DNA of 64,000 nucleotides from Clostridiales bacterium (GTDB taxonomy: Bacteria; Bacillota; Clostridia; Oscillospirales; QAMX01). The DNA lies in contig JAEDMJ010000001.1 in NCBI GenBank assembly GCA_016303065.1, positions 24,835-88,834 on the forward strand. Direction: 5' to 3'. Shown piece by piece: positions 45,470 to 53,636 of the stretch. Within the stretch, counting starts at the first letter, position 1; each line of letters begins with the position of its first letter. Under the pieces are notes generated by a model. The model was not told the DNA's origin. It worked only from the letters and a program-made list of their open reading frames with translations, and ran no database searches. The position numbers were made by a program, and so were the translations under genes.

Positions 45470-47380
45470 ATGGAAAAGAAAGAGTTCAAAACAGAGTCCA
45501 AACGCATACTGGACATGATGATCAATTCTGTATATACGCACAGGGAGATTTTCCTGCGTGAGATCATCTCCAACGCCAGCGACGCGCTGGACAAGCTTGC
45601 CTACCGCGCTCTTACGGACGACTCCGTGGGACTTTCCGGAGACGATTTCCGCATAAAGATCACCCTCGACAAAGACGCCCGCACCGTCACCGTTTCCGAC
45701 AACGGCATCGGCATGACCGCGGAGGAGCTTGAAAACAACCTGGGCGTCATAGCCCAGAGCGGCTCGTTCCGTTTCAAAAACGGCCTTGACAGCGACAAGG
45801 TTCCGGACGTTGACATCATCGGCCAGTTCGGCGTCGGCTTCTATTCGGCGTTCATGGTCAGCTCGAAAGTTTCCGTTGTAACCAAGGCCTTCGGCTCGGA
45901 TCAGGCGTTCTGCTGGGAATCCGACGGTTCCGACGGGTACACCGTTTCCGAGTCCACCCGCAGCGGATTCGGAACCGACGTCATCATGCATCTCAAAGAC
46001 GACAGCGAAGAGGAAAATTACAGCGAGTTTCTTGATTTCTACCGCATCCGCGAACTTATCAAAAAATACTCCGACTATATCCGCTTCCCCATCGTCATGG
46101 ACGTTCCGAAGTCCCGGGCCGTCGAATCCGACGAGACCGACGAAGACGGCAAGAAAAAGACCACCTACGAATCCTACACCGAGGAGGAGACGGTCAACAG
46201 CCGCATCCCCATCTGGAAACGCAGCAGGGAAGAAGTCCCGGACGAGGACTGCGTCAAATTCTACAAGGAAAAATATTACGAGCACGAGGACCCCGTGGCG
46301 CTCATCCGCGCCGACGTTCAGGGGCTTGTCTCCTACAAGGCGCTGCTCTTTATCCCGGCAAGCGCCCCCTTCGGATACTACTCCCGCGATTTTGAAAAAG
46401 GCCTCAGCCTCTATTCCAACGGCGTTATGATAATCGACAAGTGCGCCGATCTTCTCCCCGACCACTTCCGATTTGTCAAGGGCATCGTTGACTCCGACGA
46501 TCTCTCTCTCAACATAAGCCGCGAGCTTCTTCAGCACGACCGCCAGCTCAAGGTCATTGCCTCGAGCCTTGAAAAGCGCATAAAGCGCGAACTGAAAAAT
46601 CTCCTTGAAAACGACCGCGAGAAATACGAAAAGTTCTTCACCGCATTCGGGCTCCAGCTTAAGTACGGCGTTGTCAACGATTACGGCGCCCACAAGGAGC
46701 TTCTCTCCGATCTGCTGCTCTTCCGGTCGATGAACAAAAAGGCTCCGGTCACGCTCGCCGAATACGTCGCCGCCATGCCCGAAGACCAAAAGCACATCTA
46801 CTACGCCTGCGGAGAGAGCGCTGAAAAGATCGAGGCCCTTCCCCAGTCCGAACGCATCCGCGACAAGGGCTTTGACCTGCTCTGTCTGACCGACGACGTG
46901 GACCAGTTCGTCATGGAGATGCTCGGCAAATTCGAAGAGAAGGACTTCAAATCTGCCGACGCCGACGACGACGAGCTTGTCGGCTCCGACGAAAAGGAAA
47001 AAGCGGAAGAGGCCGAAAAGACCTCCGCCGACCTGCTGGCCTTCGTCAAAGAGACTCTCGGCGACAGCGTCTCCGCGGTGCGCATCTCCAGAAAGCTTAA
47101 ATCCCATCCCGTCTGCCTCTCCTCCGAGGGCGGCATCACTATCGAGATGGAAAAATACTTCGCCACGCTCCCCGGCGACAACAAGCCCAAGGCCGACCGT
47201 GTTCTTGAGCTGAACGCGGGACACGAGGCCTTCGCCGCGCTCTCCGCCGCCTTTGAAAACGACCGGGACACCGCCGCCAAGTATGCCAGGATACTCTATT
47301 CACAGGCTCTGCTTATCGCCGGACTCCCGCTCGAAAATCCCACGGAGTACTCCGATCTGGTCTGCGGACTCATGAAATAG
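45470..47380 (+). CDS. htpG: Molecular chaperone HtpG (Hsp90)
   Basis: YTHREIFLREIISNASDALDKL GHKL motif and 636-aa length. AAGGAG ribosome-binding site. Confidence 0.93.
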   Translation: MEKKEFKTESKRILDMMINSVYTHREIFLREIISNASDALDKLAYRALTDDSVGLSGDDFRIKITLDKDARTVTVSDNGIGMTAEELENNLGVIAQSGSFRFKNGLDSDKVPDVDIIGQFGVGFYSAFMVSSKVSVVTKAFGSDQAFCWESDGSDGYTVSESTRSGFGTDVIMHLKDDSEEENYSEFLDFYRIRELIKKYSDYIRFPIVMDVPKSRAVESDETDEDGKKKTTYESYTEEETVNSRIPIWKRSREEVPDEDCVKFYKEKYYEHEDPVALIRADVQGLVSYKALLFIPASAPFGYYSRDFEKGLSLYSNGVMIIDKCADLLPDHFRFVKGIVDSDDLSLNISRELLQHDRQLKVIASSLEKRIKRELKNLLENDREKYEKFFTAFGLQLKYGVVNDYGAHKELLSDLLLFRSMNKKAPVTLAEYVAAMPEDQKHIYYACGESAEKIEALPQSERIRDKGFDLLCLTDDVDQFVMEMLGKFEEKDFKSADADDDELVGSDEKEKAEEAEKTSADLLAFVKETLGDSVSAVRISRKLKSHPVCLSSEGGITIEMEKYFATLPGDNKPKADRVLELNAGHEAFAALSAAFENDRDTAAKYARILYSQALLIAGLPLENPTEYSDLVCGLMK

Positions 47381-47400
47381 CATTCCGGCTCTTCCGGTCA

Positions 47401-47441
47401 GAAATTTGCCGGGAACATTTTTCAATGTTCCCGGCAAATTC
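47401..47441 (+). terminator. Hairpin terminator after htpG
   Basis: Near-perfect 18-bp inverted repeat GAAATTTGCCGGGAACAT / ATGTTCCCGGCAAATTC. Confidence 0.55.
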
Positions 47442-47452
47442 AGTATATTATG

Positions 47453-47481
47453 TTGACAAGAGCGAATATACCTGATATACT
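47453..47481 (+). promoter_or_regulatory. Sigma-A-like promoter of the zinc-ribbon gene
   Basis: TTGACA, 17-nt spacer, TATACT. Confidence 0.5.
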
Positions 47482-47522
47482 GAAAGCGTCAAATTTTCAG
47501 CAAAAAGAAAGGGAGAAATATT

Positions 47523-48071
47523 GTGAAATACTGCGCTCAGTGCGGAACCGAACTCGACGAAAACACGCGTTTCTGTTCATCCTGCGGGGCTCCCGTCACG
47601 ATATGCGAAGAGGACCGCGCCAGACACAAACAGCTTCTCGACAAAATGTACCGAATGCTGAAATACGAACGCCGCTGCTGGCTCATCTTCGGAATCGTGT
47701 TTTCCGTTCTCTGCCTTTTCTATTTTGTCGCGGCGTCGCTCTTTATCGCCCTGGGGATCATTGCGGAAGAGATCCCCGCTGCAATCGCCGGCACTGTATA
47801 TTTTCTGATACCCCTGATCTACGCCCCGATAGTCGTCGTCAGCTTTGTTATGTGCAAAAAGACGGCCCGCTATCAGGACGAGATGTATTTCAACATCGGC
47901 CCCACGGTAAAGCGCTGCGGCTCCGTCGGAATGATCGTTTTCGCCTACCTTTTCAACAGCATCGCGCTCATATTCATAATAATCAACTTTGTATACACAA
48001 AGACGAACAAAGCGGATTTACAGGCGATCGAACGCGAACAGCTCGCCCAGCGCCAGACCGCATCGTTCTGA
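47523..48071 (+). CDS. Zinc-ribbon domain membrane protein (four TM helices)
   Basis: N-terminal CxxC...CxxC zinc ribbon (CAQCGTEL...CSSCGAP), then hydrophobic helices. GTG start with GGGAG 7 nt upstream. Noticeably AT-richer than its neighbours. Confidence 0.6.
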   Translation: MKYCAQCGTELDENTRFCSSCGAPVTICEEDRARHKQLLDKMYRMLKYERRCWLIFGIVFSVLCLFYFVAASLFIALGIIAEEIPAAIAGTVYFLIPLIYAPIVVVSFVMCKKTARYQDEMYFNIGPTVKRCGSVGMIVFAYLFNSIALIFIIINFVYTKTNKADLQAIEREQLAQRQTASF

Positions 48072-48177
48072 TTTTTCCGCCCGCAGGTCCCGCAAGCGAT
48101 ATAGCCTCTCCAGCCTTTCCGGACGGGGAGGGGCCTTTGGGTTGAGCGGAAATATTCCGTTTTCCGTTTTGGATACG

Positions 48178-48220
48178 AAAAAAGCCACCGTACAGCACAA
48201 GCTGTACGATGGCTTTTTTT
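48178..48220. terminator. Bidirectional rho-independent terminator
   Basis: AAAAGCCACCGTACAGC / GCTGTACGATGGCTTTTTTT with A-run and T-run flanks. Confidence 0.7.
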
Positions 48221-48430
48221 GCAGACTTCCCCGCGCAGTCTTTTCCAAAGCTTTTCCCGCCGAAACTTCCCTCGCCCGGAAAAGGCTCCGGCGGCTCTGC
48301 GCCCGGCGTTTTTCCGGGCAGAATTGCATAATACCCCCGTTTCACGGAGCAAAAGCCGAAAACCATCCCCCGGAGAGGAAAGTCTCCGGGGGATAAAAAA
48401 GCGTATTCAATTCCGTTCCGAAGCGGCCGG

Positions 48431-50281
48431 TCAGGCCATTTCCGGGTTCACCCAGGCGGAAAGCACCGCGCGGGCAAAGTCCCGGGTGTCCGACGCGGAG
48501 TACCCGCGCAGAACATTTGAGTACACGTCGCATACCGCCGCGCGGCATATGGGAAGCTCCGGAACGGCCGCTGCCCAGCGCCCGGAATACTCGTTCAGAA
48601 GCGCGTAAAACTCCTCCGGTTTTTCCGCGCCAAAGGAAAGCTGCATTGATATTCTGTCGAGCTCTTCGTCGTAAAAATAGCTGGGGTTGCACGCTTCCGA
48701 GATAAGCCGCCAGTCGTCAGTCCAGCGATACGCTAAATCGCCTTTTTTCTCCACGCCGGTCTCCACTATGAACGCGTTATAGAGGGGAACGGCGTATCCG
48801 ATGCCGTCCATTGAATTTCTTTCAAGCCGGTCGGAAAGCTCCTTTGCGCCGATCGACGCCGAAACGACCTCCATTCCGACCGACGAGGCGGCGTGGGCAA
48901 GGTCCGAGACAAAAAGCGAATGCCCCGAATTTTCGTTGCAGGCGACGCGCAGGCGCAAAGGCATGAGTATCCGCCCGTCCGCCAGCACGACCGTGTCGAT
49001 ACAGCCCTCCGCGTCTTCTCTCGTCACAAGCTTGTATCTCACTCCGGAGGTGTAGGCCTGACCCGCGGCATTCAGAACCCATCCGTTCTCCACGAGGGTC
49101 TCTCTGGCTCTGTCCTGATTCCGCGCAAAGCTTTCCGAACTTGCCCCTGCCGCAGTCGAAAGAGCCGGCGTGAACATATCCTCCGGAACGGACGCACCTT
49201 TTCCGGCAAGCCTTTCCGCCATCGTCTGCCTGTCGCAGAGCCAAGCCGCAGCACGCCTCACCTCAGCAAACTGCGTCGGTCCGAAATCGCATTGAAACAA
49301 AAGCTCCGTCAGAGTGTCCGCACCGTATGCGCTGAATCCGAATTTTCCGGTCTGCGAAAGGCTCTCCGCGGCGGCATACGCGTTTTCAACACCGATAACG
49401 ATGTCCGCAATGCCGTTTTCAACCGCCGCAGCGGTTCCGTCCGTCTCCACAAAAAGCAGGCGTTCGATGACCGGCGTCTGGTCCTCCGAGACCGCGCGGT
49501 AATTCGGATTCAGCTCCAAAACGGCCATATTATCCGAAACTCCGCCGTAGGAATAGGGTCCAACCGACCGTCTCGGCCCCGCCGCAAAGCGCGCGTTCAC
49601 AATGCTTTTCGCAAAGACTTCGTCCGTGATCGCCGGGCTGAAGCTGCTTCCTCCGGTATCCGAAGATATGACCGTCCCCTCCGGAATCCAGAGCTCCGTG
49701 TCAAGGGGAAGAACGTCTATGTAGGAAAGCTCCCAGTAGTACGGAAGGTGTTCCGCTGCGACCGTCACCGAAAAGACGTATTTGTCCTCAAGCCTGACGC
49801 CGCTGAAAACTCCGCTTTCGGCGTACTCCTCCGCGCCTGCATAATAGCACCCGGGAACGCCGGATGCCCCGGCGGCCTTTGCCGCATTCCCCGAAAAGAG
49901 AAGTATCGCGGCGACGTAGTTTTCCGCAGTGATCTTTTCCCCGTCGCTCCAGCAGATATCGTCCCGAAGCTCCACGGTAAAGACTTTGCTGCCGTCGGCA
50001 AGGTATTCGCTCTTCAGACTTTCGGCGTAGCGCGTGTCGACGGAGTATTCCCCCGTTTCCGAGCGGCAGACCGGAGAGCCTCCGTCAACCAGCGCCCTGA
50101 CGACCCGGTCGGCCCCAGTTGTCTCCCACTGTCCGTAGCCAAACTCTCCGGTCACTTCAGAGGCAATGCCGACGCAAAGCTCCCCGCCTTCGACGCGTTT
50201 TTCGGCGCACCCCGAAAAAAAGCCCAGCGCCATGACCGCCGCCGCCAGCACAAAAACCGCAGACAGCCGTCTCTTTTTCAT
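48431..50281 (-). CDS. ABC transporter substrate-binding lipoprotein, family 5 (peptide/nickel/opine-type), orphan
   Basis: Lipoprotein signal with lipobox LGFFSGC. Size (616 aa) and overall pattern of SBP_bac_5. No permease or ATPase genes nearby. GGAGGAAG ribosome-binding site. Confidence 0.65.
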   Translation of the reverse strand: MKKRRLSAVFVLAAAVMALGFFSGCAEKRVEGGELCVGIASEVTGEFGYGQWETTGADRVVRALVDGGSPVCRSETGEYSVDTRYAESLKSEYLADGSKVFTVELRDDICWSDGEKITAENYVAAILLFSGNAAKAAGASGVPGCYYAGAEEYAESGVFSGVRLEDKYVFSVTVAAEHLPYYWELSYIDVLPLDTELWIPEGTVISSDTGGSSFSPAITDEVFAKSIVNARFAAGPRRSVGPYSYGGVSDNMAVLELNPNYRAVSEDQTPVIERLLFVETDGTAAAVENGIADIVIGVENAYAAAESLSQTGKFGFSAYGADTLTELLFQCDFGPTQFAEVRRAAAWLCDRQTMAERLAGKGASVPEDMFTPALSTAAGASSESFARNQDRARETLVENGWVLNAAGQAYTSGVRYKLVTREDAEGCIDTVVLADGRILMPLRLRVACNENSGHSLFVSDLAHAASSVGMEVVSASIGAKELSDRLERNSMDGIGYAVPLYNAFIVETGVEKKGDLAYRWTDDWRLISEACNPSYFYDEELDRISMQLSFGAEKPEEFYALLNEYSGRWAAAVPELPICRAAVCDVYSNVLRGYSASDTRDFARAVLSAWVNPEMA

Positions 50282-50454
50282 TTTTCTTCCTCCGAAATCA
50301 ACGCAAGCGCCCGCGCGGCAAACGCCGCGCTTCCGCAGAGGCTGAATCGGACATTTCCTTCCGGGCCCGTTTCGCAGACAAAGCTGCTGTTTTCAAACCC
50401 GTTTACAAGCTCCGAAAGCTTTCTTGACACGGCTTCCGCCGCGGCGGCGCTCAT
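50278..50454 (-). CDS. Possible small ORF (about 58 aa) between the nitroreductase and SBP genes
   Basis: Open frame running from the nitroreductase stop to the SBP start, with a 4-nt overlap at the SBP start. Start codon uncertain (ATG at 50452..50454 or an upstream non-ATG). Coding-like GC3. Confidence 0.25.
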   Translation of the reverse strand: MSAAAAEAVSRKLSELVNGFENSSFVCETGPEGNVRFSLCGSAAFAARALALISEEEK

Positions 50455-50579
50455 TCTGCCCGTTACGACCGCGGCGGCTCCCGGCTTTTCACCCGAAAAC
50501 ACAGCGGCAGCGGCGGCTTCTTTTTCCTTTTTCAGTGCGGCAAACTTTAAAAGCTCCGCTTTTTTCCCTTTTTCTCCGT

Positions 50580-51104
50580 TCACAGGCAGTACTCCGTCAC
50601 GTCGGATTTCTTCTCCGCAACCCTGAACGCACCTTCCTCCGCCGGATATCCAAGGGCCGCCGCGCCTACCACGCTGTAATTTTCCGGAATCCCGAGCTCT
50701 GTCAGAACGGCTCTGCACTCGGGCTCGTCACAGATGTCGTGAAGCTGGTTGATCCAGACGGAACCGATGCCAAGCGAAGCCGCGGCCAGGAAGATATTCT
50801 GCAGGGCGCAGGAGCCGTCCTGAACGCCGAGACGGTTGTCCCTGTCGCAGGCGACGATTATCAGCGCGGCGGGTCCGTAAAAATCATAATTCCCGCGTCC
50901 CAAAAGCTTTCCGGTAACACCGGCAAGCCTCTTTATCATCCCGGAGTTTGCAATTACGGCGAATTTCCAAAGCTGCGTATTTCTTCCGCTGGGCGCATAT
51001 CTTGCACAGTCGGCAATCTCGCGCAGAAGCCCTTCCGGAATTTTTCTGTCCGCAAAAGAACGAACGCTTCTCCGGTTTTTGATATTTCTTATGACTTCGT
51101 TCAT
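50580..51104 (-). CDS. Nitroreductase-family flavoprotein
   Basis: RRSVRSF...YAPSGRNTQLW FMN-nitroreductase signature. Start at the ATG 51102..51104 with AGGAAG 8 nt upstream. The long ORF to 51206 was rejected. Confidence 0.8.
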   Translation of the reverse strand: MNEVIRNIKNRRSVRSFADRKIPEGLLREIADCARYAPSGRNTQLWKFAVIANSGMIKRLAGVTGKLLGRGNYDFYGPAALIIVACDRDNRLGVQDGSCALQNIFLAAASLGIGSVWINQLHDICDEPECRAVLTELGIPENYSVVGAAALGYPAEEGAFRVAEKKSDVTEYCL

Positions 51105-51135
51105 CGTTTTTCTTCCTTTCCCGTTAAAAAATTCC

Positions 51136-52719
51136 CTATTCGTCCGACGAAAAGAGCATTTCGTTGACGTAGTGTTCCATAAAAGACGGGTCCGACGAAA
51201 GCTCAATGTAGGAAAGCCTCTTTCCGAGCTCCTCGGCGCGCGGAATATTTCCGGCGTTTTTCAGCACGGCGGAAGCTCCCGCTCCCGCGGCATTTCCCAG
51301 AGAGACGGCTTTTTCCGAAAGCTCCGCCGGGAAAAGTCCGATCTTTCCGGCGTTTACGGGATCGATGCTGCTTCCGAAGCCTCCGGCGATGTACATTGTC
51401 TTCACATCGCCGACGCCGATCCCCGCGCGGTCCAAAAGCGTTTTCACTCCCGCAGAGACAGCGGCCTTCGCAAGCTGAAGCTTTCTGACGTCCCGCGAGG
51501 AGACAAATACCTTTTCGGAAAGCCTGAAAAAAGGCTCTTCGTTCTCATCCTCGCCCAAAAGTCCGGCAAGCTCCTCCTCCGCCTCGTCCAAGGACAGCAT
51601 CCGTCCCGTCTCATCCACCGCTCCGAGCTCCAGCATTGCTGCAAGCGCGTCCACAAGCCCGGAACCGCAGATGCCCGCGGCGGCTTTGTTTCCGATCACC
51701 TCGCAGACCGGACGGCCGTTTCTGACCCGAACCGCCCTCACCGCGCCGTCCAGGCTTCCCATTCCGCAGCTTATGTCCGCGCCCTCAAAGGCCGGTCCCG
51801 CCGCAGTCGCACAGCAGAAGAGCTCTCCGCCCCGGGAGAGAACGATTTCTCCGTTGGTGCCGATGTCGATAAGAAGCGCCGTGTCCCCGGAGCGGTCCAT
51901 TCCGGAGGCGATCACCGCCGCGGTGATGTCCCCTCCCACAAAGCCCGACGCGGCGGGCAGAATATAAATTTCCGCGTCTTCTGCGAGCCCGAGTTCCGGT
52001 ATCTCCGGCACAAAGGATTTTCCGAAAAGCGACTCCGGCGTAAACGGAACCGCCGCCAGTCCGGACGGGTCCAGCCCGGCAAAAAGGTGGCACATGGTCG
52101 TGTTCCCGGCGGCGACAAGAGTATGTATCTCTTCCGGAGCTCTTCCGGCGTTCCGGGAAAGCTCCGAAAGCATCTCACGGATCTGCCCCGTGACCGCCCC
52201 GGAAAGCTTGCGCCTTGTCTCCGGAGCACCGACACAGGCGCCGATACGGGATATCACGTCGGCGCCGAAGCTTCTCTGCAGATTGAGCCTTCCCAGCGCT
52301 CCGAGCTCCCCGCCCGTATCCATATCGAACAGATAGCAAACCACCGTCGTCGTTCCGATATCCACGGCGGCGCCCAGCCCGGTGCGGTTCTTCGGTGAAA
52401 AAAGCTCGTCCTCCGCGCACCCGTCCGTCCAAACGGACATCCCGCGTTCTCCGTTTCCGACCGTGATCACACAGTCGCCCTCCGCTTTCGCCATGCAGGA
52501 AAGGCGTCCGTCCCGACCGGCAAGAAGGCTTTCCTCCTCCGGCGACGGCGCGGAAAGCTCTCCCTGTGCCTTCACGAAGCACTTTCCGCACTTTCCGTTT
52601 CCTCCGCACGGCGCGTCCGCATATATTCCGGCACCGTTCAAAACATCCTTTATCACCGTTCCCGGCTCACAGCCGAGGCTGTATTTCTTCCCCCCGGCAA
52701 AAACCGTCACAATAGCCAT
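51136..52719 (-). CDS. ASKHA-domain protein with N-terminal 2Fe-2S ferredoxin domain (RACo-like reductive activase, DUF4445)
   Basis: N-terminal plant-type ferredoxin Cys motif (CGGNGKCGKC...C), then actin-like ATPase motifs (VDIGTTTV, LIDIGTNGE, GGFG). 527 aa. Confidence 0.75.
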   Translation of the reverse strand: MAIVTVFAGGKKYSLGCEPGTVIKDVLNGAGIYADAPCGGNGKCGKCFVKAQGELSAPSPEEESLLAGRDGRLSCMAKAEGDCVITVGNGERGMSVWTDGCAEDELFSPKNRTGLGAAVDIGTTTVVCYLFDMDTGGELGALGRLNLQRSFGADVISRIGACVGAPETRRKLSGAVTGQIREMLSELSRNAGRAPEEIHTLVAAGNTTMCHLFAGLDPSGLAAVPFTPESLFGKSFVPEIPELGLAEDAEIYILPAASGFVGGDITAAVIASGMDRSGDTALLIDIGTNGEIVLSRGGELFCCATAAGPAFEGADISCGMGSLDGAVRAVRVRNGRPVCEVIGNKAAAGICGSGLVDALAAMLELGAVDETGRMLSLDEAEEELAGLLGEDENEEPFFRLSEKVFVSSRDVRKLQLAKAAVSAGVKTLLDRAGIGVGDVKTMYIAGGFGSSIDPVNAGKIGLFPAELSEKAVSLGNAAGAGASAVLKNAGNIPRAEELGKRLSYIELSSDPSFMEHYVNEMLFSSDE

Positions 52720-52752
52720 ATCGGTTGCCTTTCATTCGATTTTTCGATTCTA

Positions 52753-53127
52753 TTATATCTTTTTCCCTTCGGAATTGCAAGGTCTTTTTCCGAATATCTG
52801 CCACAGCCCCGCGCAGACAAGCACGGCCCCGAACACCGTTCTCAGCACTTCCGGATCCATCGAATTTGCCGCAAATCCCGCAGCCGCCGCCGCAAGCATT
52901 CCCGCAGGGGCCGCAAAAGCAAAGGCCCTTGCGTCCACAAGCCGGTTTTTAATGTGAAGCACAAGGCTCGCCGCCGAAGTCGGAAGAAAATACACAAGGT
53001 TTATGCCCTGAGCCTCAGGCTGGCTCGTTTTTGCAAAAACCGTCAGATATATCATCAGCAGCGTTCCTCCGCCGACTCCCATTCCGCTCAGCACGCCCAC
53101 GGCGGCGGCCGCAAGAAAAGCTTTCAT
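52753..53127 (-). CDS. Half-size (4-TM) TSUP/TauE-SafE-family membrane protein, second half
   Basis: Gly-rich TM helices (GMGVGGGTLLM...). ATG at 53125..53127 overlaps the upstream stop (TGATG). The ORF track extends to a TTG at 53139. Confidence 0.65.
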   Translation of the reverse strand: MKAFLAAAAVGVLSGMGVGGGTLLMIYLTVFAKTSQPEAQGINLVYFLPTSAASLVLHIKNRLVDARAFAFAAPAGMLAAAAAGFAANSMDPEVLRTVFGAVLVCAGLWQIFGKRPCNSEGKKI

Positions 53128-53507
53128 CACTGCCTCCAAAGAATTCTCAGCCCGGCCAGGACCATCAGCGCTCCGAACAGCCTGACAAGCGTCTCCGCGC
53201 GAAGCTTTTTAAGGGCGAGCCCGCCCGCAAGACCTCCCGCCAGACCGCCGAGGGCATAGGGCCAGACGGAAGAAAGCTCGATGCTTCCGCGGAAAAAATA
53301 GACCGCCGCCGACACGGCGCACATCGGAGCGATGACCGCCACCGAAGTGGCCAGGGCTCTTTTCGCCTCCAGCCCGCATACGTCTTTAAGCAGCGGCACA
53401 AGCAGCATTCCCCCTCCTCCGCCGATTAAACCGTTGACCGCGCCCGCCGCGATCCCCGAAAGCGCAAGCAGAATATCCCGTTTTTCAAGTTTAAGACTGC
53501 ATTTCAT
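53127..53507 (-). CDS. Half-size (4-TM) TSUP/TauE-SafE-family membrane protein, first half
   Basis: GAVNGLIGGGGGMLLVPLL motif typical of TauE/SafE (TSUP) repeat units. 126 aa. Confidence 0.65.
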   Translation of the reverse strand: MKCSLKLEKRDILLALSGIAAGAVNGLIGGGGGMLLVPLLKDVCGLEAKRALATSVAVIAPMCAVSAAVYFFRGSIELSSVWPYALGGLAGGLAGGLALKKLRAETLVRLFGALMVLAGLRILWRQ

Positions 53508-53553
53508 ACAATCTATTGTTTTCCGCCGACTGAAAACTTATTCCTGTTTGGGC

Positions 53554-53583
53554 TTGACAGAATACGCTCCTGCGTTGTACAAT
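53554..53583 (+). promoter_or_regulatory. Sigma-A-like promoter of purL
   Basis: TTGACA (53554..53559), 18-nt spacer, TACAAT (53578..53583). Direct repeat TGTACAATTTACAGTG / TGTAATTTACTG spans the -10 and the leader. Confidence 0.5.
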
Positions 53584-53636
53584 TTACAGTGCATTTATAA
53601 TGTAATTTACTGAAAAAAACAAAAGGACGGGAAGTC

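Noticed and set aside
45428-47224. 598-aa minus-strand ORF opposite htpG
   Set aside because: Antisense shadow. htpG is unambiguous.
48893-50626. 577-aa plus-strand ORF opposite the SBP lipoprotein gene; also 51079..52398 (+) opposite the RACo-like gene
   Set aside because: Antisense shadows with low-complexity Arg-rich translations.
50455-50718. N-terminal extension of the 146-aa minus-strand ORF overlapping the nitroreductase 3' end
   Set aside because: The overlap with a well-supported gene, in a different frame, is implausible. Only the part downstream of the nitroreductase stop is kept, as a low-confidence small ORF.
51105-51206. N-terminal extension of the nitroreductase ORF (MSFRRTRLLWNTTSTKCSF...)
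   Set aside because: It overlaps the 3' end of the RACo-like gene. AGGAAG precedes the internal ATG at 51104, which gives the canonical nitroreductase N-terminus.
53520-53636. Checked the purL leader for a purine riboswitch
   Set aside because: The leader after the predicted -10 is only about 45 nt and lacks the conserved purine-aptamer junction sequences.
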